NCBI GenBank assembly: GCA_043228905.1
Contig: JBHGNT010000021.1
Span: forward strand, 4,836,001-4,900,000
DNA length: 64,000 bases
Reading direction: 5' to 3'
DNA from: Azolla caroliniana
Taxonomy: Eukaryota; Plantae; Polypodiophyta
The notes under the pieces are model-generated. The model ran no database searches, had not been told where the DNA came from, and worked only from the letters and a program-made list of their open reading frames with translations. Positions within the stretch are counted from its first letter, which is position 1. The number at the start of each line of letters is the position of its first letter. Made by a program: the position numbers and the translations under genes. This document shows positions 1 through 10,552 of the stretch, piece by piece.

Positions 1-345
1 CTAATACTGCCACTTTGAGCTCATATCTAGCTCATCCTACTGCAATCTTAGAAGATTTTATAACTGTGCTCGCAGTTTTTGCTCATTATGAGGGTGTGCA
101 TGACTACGGTTGTATTACGGGTTGCTTAATCTTATCAATTTGCACAATTATTCTCTTATTAATGTATTGCTATGACTTCACTATGCTTATGATTAAGTAT
201 TAGGCCTCTCTTGGCTAAGTGCTAAACCCCTACAAATTTTTATCAGCAAGAGAATAATGGCACTCCAAAACTCCAATTTACCATTTATTGTAATGGCATT
301 CCAAAAGCCTAATTACCAGTTACACTTATCACAATGCAAAACCCC

Positions 346-953
346 GATTACAATTTATACTGATGTCACCACAAAATTGTAACCATCATTTTATCACTCC
401 AAAACAGTCCTTACCATTGATCACTTTAAACCCCTCATTACCACTCAATACTCATAGCATTCCAAAACATTAATCATCACTTTATCACTCAAAAGCCCCA
501 CTTACCATTGATCACTCTAAAGCTCTAAGCACCAATCACACTCGTAGCACTTCAAACTGACTACTCACAAGTACTATGATGGCATTCCAAAATCATAATC
601 AACATTTGTCGCTCACAAACCCTAAGTATCCTTCATATAAATGGGTCCCTGATTACAATTTACACTGATGTCACCACAAAATCGTTATCATCATTTTATC
701 ACTCCAAAACAGTACTTACCATTGATCACGTAAAACCCTTCATTACCACTCATACTCATAGCATTCCAAAACACTAATCATCACTTTATCACTCAAAAGC
801 CCCACTTACCATTGATCACTCTAAAACTCTAAGCACCAATCATACTCGTAGCACTTCAAACTGACTACTCATAAGTACTATGATGGCATTCCAAACTCAT
901 AATCAACATTTATCGCTCCAAAACCCTAATTATCCTTCGTATCAATGAGTCCC
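346..953. repeat. ~305-bp tandem duplication with shorter internal sub-repeats, inside the CGLD27 intron
   Basis: GATTACAATTTA(T/C)ACTGATGTCACCACAAAAT starts at 346 and again at 651, and the copies stay colinear to about 953. A TCACTCCAAAA...TTACCATT motif recurs through about 1200. Confidence 0.8.
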
Positions 954-1263
954 CAAAGCCCTACTTTACGATTTACAGTTTGATAGCACTCCAAATTCTA
1001 GTTTCGCAGTAAACATGTGTACTACAATCACACTCGAAAACCCTAACTATCATTTAGCACTTCAAAATGCCTAATTAACATTTATAACTCCAGAAACCCT
1101 AATTAAAGTTTATCACTCCAGAAAAACCTAATTACCATATACTAATCTAAAACATTGTTTACCAATTATGAATCCAAAAAGCAAATTTTATTCTGATAGC
1201 AATCCAAATCTCAAATTCCATTCACAAATAGAAAACAGCAAATTGGCAAAGAGAAATTCATAC

Positions 1264-1623
1264 CGGACGCTGATCTGCGGGAACCTCGATCTCAAAGGAA
1301 GGATCCCATCCTCCATCTAATCCATTATTACCATTCTTGCCATCTGATCTGTCGCTGCTACCCAGAGCTTTCACGCAGATGAGGAGTCTCGGCCTTCTTC
1401 TCCTTCTTCTACAGAAATCATGGGTATGGGTGGCCATGGGCATCGTGAAAGGAATGGCAGAAGGAAGAGGCTTGGGTGGAGCAGAAGAAGATGTGTATAT
1501 ATAAATCGCCGATGGTGATGGTGATGGTGATGGTGATGGTGATGGTGAAGAGTGCAGAAATGGGTCCCAAGCAAAGTGGGCACGGATGAAATGGTGAGAG
1601 AATCCATGGCTTCTTAGCATCAT
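1264..1623 (-). CDS. CGLD27: CGLD27 / DUF1230 (ycf36-like) chloroplast protein, exon 1; remaining exons lie left of the window
   Basis: Ser/Pro/Arg-rich transit-peptide-like N-terminus, then WDPSFEIEVPADQRP, which matches the start of the conserved CGLD27 domain (WDPxxEIEVPxDQRPVNEY). A GT donor follows directly (CCG|GTATGA at 1263). Confidence 0.8.
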
Positions 1624-1780
1624 GAAAAAACCCTAAAAACCTAACAAAAACGGCTCCAAAGAAACCGTAGGAGCAGCCAAAACCAGAACCCTAAAACATG
1701 TCTTCTCTCGCAGAGAGAGAGAGACAGACAGACAGAGACAGAGAGAAGACGGGGGGGGGGGGGATGGTTTGGATGGATCC

Positions 1781-1855
1781 GACGTGGCAGATGACGTGGC
1801 AGCCTCGTGCCATGCTGCGCCTTGGCCTGTGGCTACGCGGCCGTCCACGTGGCGG
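1781..1855. promoter_or_regulatory. Cluster of G-box/ABRE-like ACGTGG motifs upstream of CGLD27
   Basis: GACGTGGC twice and CCACGTGGC once within about 75 bp, 160-230 bp upstream of the ATG. Function is inferred. Confidence 0.35.
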
Positions 1856-2925
1856 CTCGTGCTTGAACGTCGCTTTCACACTGCCTTGCACGCAATGGGC
1901 ACTCACCCAGCGTGTGCCCATTGGGCTACAAGTGTCCCAATGGCACACAAAGTGTATCCCCCTGGACATGCCACTACATCCCTCTTGCGGACATAGCAAA
2001 AACCGCACGTTAACTCAAATCAGATTTCTTTTGTGCATGGCTTCTCCACGATTGATCAGATACTAGCCCCGTAAACCTTAAGAGGCGGCGGCGAATCTTG
2101 CCATGGCAATTACAGTAGGAAGCATATGGTCATAAGGTGGAGCGAATCCATCACGCCAAAAAGATTGCCTTGGCCCGGATTGTTCTCTACAACTCGGAGA
2201 ACATGAAGTTGGAATCGTTGGCCATCGTGGATCGGCAGGCCCGTTCATAGAAACGTGAGGGTATGGAAGCAACATGACTTGAGGTAGCCAAATGCGACCT
2301 ATTGCTTGCTCAATAAGCTCTAGGACAAAGACGTTGTTGGAGTTTGGATGTAGTCATATACTTAGGTTACAAGATCTTGTTGACAAATGTCTCATAGACA
2401 CGTGACAGTATGGAAGCAACATGATTTGAGGCAGCCAAATGCAATTGGTGCATACTTGATCAGAGGTGGAAATCTATTCCTTCTAGAAAAATCCGTGGTG
2501 ATCTTGGCATGTGCCCACTTAGATTGGCTTTATAAATAAACGTAGGCCAAACCCTAAACCCAATCATCTTTATACACATCTAAATTTATTTTAACATTCT
2601 AACATATGGGAGGGGTTTATTTCCTCATGTAAATTGTACATCTCCCCTCCCTTAAACCTTCTATGTAAAGCTTTTCCACCAATTGCTACTAAAGTTGCAT
2701 GAGGATTTATTATAACCGATTACTAAAACTAGAGTTAAAGATAGTTGAGTTTAATATTTCAACAAGATAGTGTCTAAGAAAATATGTGTTTTTTGCTAAC
2801 TAATGTGAAGTAGTGTTTTTTTGGGAAAAAAAGAAAAAGAAAAAATTGTTATCGTACATAATTATGATCACGAATGCATTTATGCTTGGCCGAGCTATTA
2901 GATGCATGAATTTAGAAGTTCATAT

Positions 2926-4120
2926 TGTGGTGTCCCTTTCATGCAAGAGCATGCATTTGAACACACCACTCTTTTAGCCACTCCCGTTTAGCACATCACC
3001 CATTTTAGCCCACCCTTTTAGCACACCATTTTGGGACACATGTAGCTAGGCCGTCCCCAAAATGGGTTCTTTGTATCTTCTATATATTGAATGATAAGTA
3101 TGAAGCTAGCTAGACTGGTTTTAATCTCTTATGTGCATTTCACATATTGGTGGAGACGACGGGGTACCAGTCCCCCACATCCAAGCATCCGCCTCTTCCG
3201 CTTCGTAGGTAGCATTGCCCTCACCACCATCACCGACACTCTTGTTAGTCTCGTGTAGTAGTATCTCTTCTATTAGCACCGCCTTAGTTCACTAGTTAGG
3301 CCTCCCGATATCCACCGCTTCATCATCAACATCGCTTCATGGTCTCTATTTTTTAGTTTCTTTCGTGTTCGAGTTCCCAGTGAGGGCCACATGGTCGCTC
3401 ATGCCCGTTGGTGTTCGAGTTCCCAATGAGGGCCACACATGGCTGCTCACTCCCGTTGGTGTTCGTGTTCTAGTTCCTGGTGAGGGCCGCATGGTCGCTC
3501 ATGCCCATTCGTGTTCGAGTTCTCGATGAGGGCCGCACATGGCCGCTCACTCCCATTCGTGTTCCTGTTCCTAGTGAGGGCCGCATGGTCGCTCACTCCC
3601 GTTTGTGTTCCAGTCTCCGGTGAGGACCGCACATGGCCGCTCACTCCAACTATTGTTCGTGTTCCAAATCCCGGTGAGGACCGCATGGTCGTTCATGCCC
3701 GTTGTTGTTCATGTTCCAGTTCCCGGTGAGGGCCACATGGTCACTCACTCGTTCGTGTTCCAATTCTCGATGAGGACAACATGGTTGCTCACGCCCGTTA
3801 GTGTTCGTGTTCCAACTCTCAGCAAGGACCGTTCCAGTTCCCGGCAAGGACCACACATGGTCACTCATGCCCCTCAATCTCTTGTTTTTCTGAGGGGGGA
3901 AATGTGGTGTCCCTTTCATGCAAGGGCATGCATTTGAACACACCACTCTTTTAGCCACTCCTGTCTAGCACATCACCCATTTTAGCCCACCCTTTTAGCA
4001 CACCATTTTGGGACACGTGTAGCTAGGCCGTCCCAAAATGGGTTCTTTGTATCTTCTATATATTGAATGATAAGTATGAAGCTAGCTAGACTGGTTTTGA
4101 TCTCTTATGTGCATTTCACA
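2926..4120 (+). mobile_element. Non-autonomous TRIM-like LTR retrotransposon
   Basis: LTRs 2926-3144 and 3903-4120 (TG...CA, a few mismatches). PBS TGGTGGAGA at 3148 (tRNA-Ala type). PPT TGAGGGGGGAAA immediately before the 3' LTR. 4-bp TSD ATAT. No coding capacity. Confidence 0.9.
3362..3870 (+). repeat. Array of about 10 units of ~50-56 bp, each containing a hairpin, inside the TRIM
   Basis: Unit consensus TTCGTGTTC(G/C)AGTTCCCGGTGAGG(G/A)CC(G/A)CATGGTCGCTCA(C/T)(T/G)CCCG. Confidence 0.85.
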
Positions 4121-6046
4121 ATATGTCATAAAATTATGTTGCTTGCATGCAATAATCACAAACTAATTGAAGTGTATGTAAATGGTTGTTTCACTCCTAT
4201 GATAAACCACACACGACGGTTGATAGAGCTAGTTAACAAATTTGCAAATTACGTTTTGTTGAATTCCTTTTTTCTTTTGTTATTCCTCAATATGCACAAT
4301 TACTCCTAGCAATTATGTTACTAGGTTATGTCATCTACGAGTCTTCTATGTCAAATAGGTTATGCCATCTCAAGTTGTATTCGTTAAATTCGGAGTGGAT
4401 CAACATGGTTACTATACCAAATTTGTCCCCATATGACACAATGTCACATGAAGGTAGATTGTTAACCTAATAATTTAATGAGGAATTTCATGGATACTCT
4501 CATATCCTATACATTGTATATCACTTCCTTTGCATTCTTGCTTGGCTACCAAGGGAACCTATGTAGAATCTTGATTTAGTTCCCCTTTGCTAGCTATTAT
4601 TAACATTTTCATCTCATACACAGGAAGAAGACTATTAGTTAGAGAGGGCTTTATGTGGATAGAACACATAACTAAGATTTACATCATTCTTATGTTAAGA
4701 GTCAACCCTAATATTCACTGAAATATAATTAATTTTTACACCACACCTTTGGTTGTACCTTGCCACACAAGATGTAATGATGGGTCAACTAGCAAGACAT
4801 GAAATTTATAGCCTTCACCAACATCCCTATATGTTGCACTATTTTAAATCTCTATTTGATCCGTCATCATGATTCACATTTGTAAACAATTATGTATGTG
4901 TTTCACATAATCCATTGCTGAATATGTCCGTCAAATTAAATTAGTATCACATGATGACATATTATAGATGTCATTGAACAACAAGTCATATGTACTATCA
5001 AGCCAAGGCAATGGACATGTGCGAGTTTTAAAGACCATGTAGAGTTAAATCATGCAAAACATCGAAAGCCTCGAAGGTATCAAAACATGTGTGAATTGAT
5101 TAATAGGCAACAAAGCACGAAGTATACTTGATAACTATAATGAGGTGCATTAAAAATGGTCATGAATTACGACATAGCCATAAAGAGGTGATTGAACCAT
5201 GAGATTATGTTATACAAATGAGGGCCATTCATGGAGGAATAATCGAGAGATATCATGGCTTAAGACTTGTGGGGACAAGACACATCAGTTTTTTAGTTGA
5301 AGATCTTCTTCTACAAAGCTAAGTTTTACTTTGGTCTCTTATACAAAAAACGTTTCATTGTCCAAATGGCCATTTATTTGTTTTGCTAGTTCATCAATTA
5401 TTAAACAACCAAGACATATTTTCTTTATCTTCTCGAAAGAGGGTAGCTTCATGTCCTTCCTTCACTAGTTGATTGAAGAAATCATGCACATGGAACAATG
5501 GTAATGTGATTTTAATAGTATTAAGTTTTAACATTACACACACGTCTATTTCATAAGTAACACTTAATGAGAAAATCTCCGATGTTACTACTTTAATATG
5601 ATACAAATTTCATGACATCTAAAATAATGAGCCTAACACACACAGTTCTATTGCAAAAGTCAAAAGTGTCAATTCTTATTTTCCTTGGTTTGCAATTATC
5701 AAGACAACTCTATGTAGGTAACTATCTTCGTTTAATTGTTGCACCAACTTCACCAAAGATCCTATCCTTGATTTTTTTCTGCATTGATCAAGTTTTTCTT
5801 GGATGGCATGAGGAATGTGGGTTGGAAGATTCATGTTACCGGCCGGCAAGGAGTCCAAAATACGGAGTGAAGGAATTAATTAGATATGGTTGTAAATGAG
5901 CAAAGTGTGGACGGACGGACTGGAAACGGTATGCCGTTCCAGATCCGGACGGATCCCGAATAGGTGCGAGAGGCACCGTTTTGTACTACGGGCCGGAAAC
6001 CTATTTAAAGGCCCGGACCCTATTGTAATGACAGCGGATAATTAGT

Positions 6047-6461
6047 AGAGCTTATGTTGTTTATACTTCTGTCTTGATTTCCGTTCTGTAATCACTGTTA
6101 TATCTTACGCGTGTAATTAACCAAAGCAATCTAATAGTGTAACCCACGTAAGTCGGTGTAATCGTTGAATCTTAATCCTATGCCGTAATCACCCTTTGGT
6201 GAAGTGTCTCCGTGACACCTTGTGTTAGGCCTTGTCCGGCTAAGAGAATAACACAGAGCTTATGTTGTTTATACTTCTGTCTTGATTTCCGTTCTGTAAT
6301 CACTGTTATATCTTACGCGTGTAATTAACCAAAGCAATCTAATAGTGTAACCCACGTAAGTCGGTGTAATCGTTGAATCTTAATCCTATGCCGTAATCAC
6401 CCTTTGGTGAAGTGTCTCCGTGACACCTTGTGTTAGGCCTTGTCCGGCTAAGAGAATAACA
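6047..6461 (+). repeat. 208-bp tandem duplication of the 3' half of the 5' LTR
   Basis: AGAGCTTATGTTG...GAGAATAACA occurs at 6047-6253 and 6255-6461. The 3' LTR has only one copy. Confidence 0.92.
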
Positions 6462-6513
6462 CAGTTTTGGTCCCACCGGGCGTGCCAGCAAGTAACCACA
6501 CGGTCGAAAGGCA

Positions 6514-9500
6514 TGGCCAAAGAATGGGAAACACAAGAGGACATACGAAAACAGGCGACGGAATGGGTGAAGGAAGCCAATGAAAGAAACGTCGCGGACG
6601 CGGAACGGCAAAAGGCGAAGACCATAGGGAGTGCCGGCGGTAGCCACCCAGAAAACGAGACATGGCAAGCACTACAAGAATGTCAGATCACGTTACCACT
6701 AGGAAGACTCTTGCAGCTCGTGCCGCGATTCACAGAAGGACTAAAAACGGTCATGACAGACGGTATAGCTCCACCGGCACCAGTCCTTTTCTCGAATCCG
6801 GAGGAGGGACCGACGGTGGTGGACACTAGTAGTCCGGTGATCACAGCTATTGTCAAAGGGCACGAACTTCCCGGCACAGTAATCGATGGAGGTTCCGGAG
6901 TGAACGTAATAAGCCTTCGCACGTGTGATGCCTTGGGTATACATGAATGGGAGCCATGTCCGTTCTGGCTACGGATGGCGGATACGAGCTCTGTACGGCC
7001 GACGGGCTTAATACGGAAATTGGAAGTCACCATAGGAGGCCACACATTTCACATCTCGGCTGTAGTGCTGCAGCTACAGGCGCAAGGCGCGTACCCACTG
7101 CTGCTGGGCAGACCATGGTTGAAAACAGCACACATCAAGCAAAATTGGCGAAAAAATATGATTACCTTCCGGCGCGGAAAAGCCAAGGTCCGGGTACCGA
7201 CACAACCACGGACGAGCAACGGTAAGGAATGCACACCGCTGTATGCGGAATGTGTGAACATGCTTGAAGGATTGGCGGACGACGAAGAAGCCCAGTACTT
7301 GGAGGAACATCCGAAGATCGTACCACTCTTCGAGATTGACGTAGCTGAAGCCGTAGCCGCATACTTGCCGCAGCGGGACGACACCGAAGCCGAACCAGAC
7401 AAAGATGCGATTCGGGAATTACGGCAAGCACAGGAAGCGTTGGAACGGGAAATGGCCGTTTCCCAACGGGTAAAAGCATCCCAGCTCGACGAAGTGAACC
7501 TAGGAAGCAAAGACGAATCAAAGCCGGTACACATCGCCAAAGAAAGGAAGCCGGAAGATAAAGCGGCGATGATCAAACTTCTCACGGAGTTTCGCGACGT
7601 ATTCGCCTGGTCATACGAAGACATGCGAGGGCTGGACCCTCAATTATATCAGCATCAGATCCACTTAGGCAAGGACGCGAAACCAGTGGCGCAACGACGA
7701 TACCGAATGAACCCCAACTACGCCGCCAAAGTAAAAGAGGAAATCGACAAACTCCTAAGAGTGGGCTTCATCCGGCCGGTAAAGAAAGCGACGTGGCTGA
7801 GCCCCATCGTCGTCGTCCCCAAGAAGAACGGTAAAATCCGTGTGTGTGTTGATTACAGGAAACTAAATGCCGCCACAATTACGGATGCATTCCCTCTTCC
7901 GTTCACGGACGGAGTACTGGATGCCGTCGCCGGTCATGAAGTTTATAGCTTTTTAGACGGGTTCAGCGGGTACAATCAAATCCGGATGCACCCGGACGAC
8001 CAGGAAAAGACAGCGTTCGTCACCGAATGGGGGGTGTTTGTGGCCGAAGTCATGATGTTCGGCCTAAAAACGGCACCAGCAACGTTCCAGCGAATCATCA
8101 TGGAGATCTTCGGCGAATACATTCCTGCCTTCATGCAAGTTTTCCTGGATGATTTTGCAGTTTATAGCCGGGGAAAAGACCATTTGCAGCACCTACGGTT
8201 ATGCCTTGAAAAGTGTAGGTTATACCGGCTAAGCTTAAACCCAGCAAAATGCATCTTTGGGGTTTCAAGTGGAATATTGCTGGGACACATTGTAAGTAAG
8301 GAGGGCATTGCGGTCGACCCGGACAAAGTAAACGCCATACTAGGGACACCGGCGCCGAAAACGGCCAAAGCACTAAGCCGATTCTTAGGACAAATCCGGT
8401 GGCACAGCCGGATGCTCCGTCACTTGGCGGACTTGGCGACACCATTACACACCGCGGTACATCGGACACCGTTCCAATGGACGGATACGGAGGCTAAGGC
8501 ATACAATGCCCTGAAGGTACTTTTATCGCAAGCACCCGTCGTGCAGCCTCCGGATTGGAGCAAGGAATTTCATGTGTTCGTGGACGCTTCCGACATCGCT
8601 ATTGGCAGCGCCTTAATGCAACTTACGGAGCCTAAATGGTACCGGCCGGTATATTACGCCAGCCGGAAGCTATCCCAAGCGGAGAAGAACTATTCAACGA
8701 CGGAACGGGAGGCTCTAGGCATGATCTACAGTGTAACAAAGTTTCGTCACTACCTATTGGGAAGGAAGTTCTCCTTCCATGTGGATCACTCGGCGCTCCT
8801 CTACTTAGTTTCCAAGGCGTCCCTGACCGGTAAGTTGGCCCGTTGGACCTTACTGTTGCAGGAGTTCGAATTCGAGATTTTTCACCGGCCCGGTATCCAG
8901 CATGCCGTAGCAGACTACCTGAGCCGGTTAGAGTCCGGAGAACCAGGCGACGGAGTAGCGGATGAATTCCCGGACGCGGAGTTATTCCGTATCACCCCGG
9001 AAACGGCAGCGGACGACACGGTGGCATCAGAAGATAAATGGCTGACAAACATGCACCAGTTCCTAAGCACGGGCCTGCCACCGGAGGAAATGAACCGGGA
9101 CGAGAGGAAACGACTGGCGGTGCAGAGCCGCAATTTCTGTCTGTTACGGGACACTCTCTACCACAAAGGAGCAGATGGAATATGGAGACGGGCAGTCCGT
9201 AGTGACGAGAAAGAAGTAATCTTACGGGAAGCACACTGTGGGGTTGCCGGAGGACACTATGCCGGGGAAGCGACGGCAAGAAAGGTATGGCAGAGCGGCT
9301 TATGGTGGCCCACGACGCTAAAAGATGCCGTGAAGTATGCTAAGGAATGTGACCTATGCCAACGAATGGGCCAGCCTACGGAGCAAGCACGGATGCCACA
9401 CCAACCGGTACTTCCACTAGAGCCATTCCAGAAGTGGGGGTTGGATTTTGTCAGACCGTTCAAGCCACCGGCAATGAGAACGGGTAATCGTTATGTCATC

Positions 9501-10466
9501 GTGGCAACGGATTATTGCACTAAATGGGTGGAAGCTAAGGCCCTGAGAGACAACACCGCGTCATCCACAGCAAAATTCCTGTACGAAAACATTTGGTGCC
9601 GATATGGATGTCCGATTGAATTAATCAGCGACCAAGGAGGCCACTTCCTCGGCCAGGTAGTGGAAAGCTTAACAACGTTCTATGGCGTGGTCCATAAAAG
9701 AAGCACACCGTATTACCCACAGGCGAACGGGTTAGCAGAGTCCACCAACAAAACGCTGCAGAACATTCTCCGCAAAATTGTCAATGAAAACCGGACGGAC
9801 TGGGACACAAAGCTCCATAGTGCGCTATGGGCGTACAGAACGGCATACAAAACGAGTATCCGGACAACGCCGTTCCGGTTAGCATTCGGCTTAGAAGCGG
9901 TCATGCCGGCCGAGTTTCAGGTACCAAGCTTACGGATCCAACTACGGGAACGGCTGAATGAAAAGAAGTCGGAGGAAATACGGCTAGCAGCACTATGCGA
10001 ACTGGAGGAGCAACAGCTGGCCAGCATCCTACACATGGAACTGGAGCAACGACGACGGAAAGCGTTCGTTGACCGTCACCGGAAAGGTAATGAGAAGATG
10101 TTCGAAATCGGAAAGCCGGTGCTAGTATTCCAAACAAGGATGGGCAAGATGCCGGGTAAACTCCGGTTCAGATGGACAGGCCCGTATTGGCTGACACGGG
10201 AATACAACGGGTCCTATCAGATAGGGACACTTGCCGGGGAAGTAGTAGGCAAGTGGGTGAATGGATTTCGACTAAAGCCCTATAAAGGACCGATGCCAAA
10301 GAACCCGTTTATGCAGCTCACCGGCACTATACCGGGAACCTGTCCGGGATCGGTACGGATCGATCCGGAAGAAAAAGACGACGGGGAACCCGTAGTAGAG
10401 ACGAAGGAAGACACGGCAACCCGTAAGGAAAACGGTCAGGGTCCGAAGGGACCTACGGATGTGTAA
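6514..10466 (+). CDS. Gypsy pol polyprotein (aspartic protease, RT, RNase H, integrase); no gag
   Basis: Protease VIDGGSGVNVI and LLLGRPWL. RT CVDYRKLN, GYNQI, MMFGLKTAPATFQR, FLDD. RNase H VDAS, TEREALG, VDH, ADYLSR. Integrase H-x6-H...CDLC, ISDQG, PQANGLAE, and a WTGPY motif. The frame is open throughout. Confidence 0.95.
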
Positions 10467-10483
10467 GGTCACACACCGTCATT

Positions 10484-10520
<37 letters not shown>

Positions 10521-10552
10521 AAAATCATTAAAAAATCGAGGTATGAACGGGT

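Noticed and set aside
1371-1607. Poly-His ORF
   Set aside because: It is an alternative frame of the (CACCAT)n repeat in CGLD27 exon 1.
3520-3550. Hammerhead ribozyme / retrozyme interpretation of the TRIM (4-bp TSD, GATGAG-GGCC...GGCC)
   Set aside because: There is no CUGAnGA core and no GAAA after the stem, and I see no hammerhead motif in the LTRs on either strand.
3362-3870. CRISPR-like array
   Set aside because: The context is eukaryotic, the units are contiguous degenerate repeats without unique spacers, and there are no cas genes.
3447-3958. Short ORFs within the TRIM
   Set aside because: They are by-products of the tandem repeat, with no domain.
4300-5830. Possible ancient retroelement into which the gypsy inserted (also 14030-15000)
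   Set aside because: Too decayed; I could not read any motif confidently.
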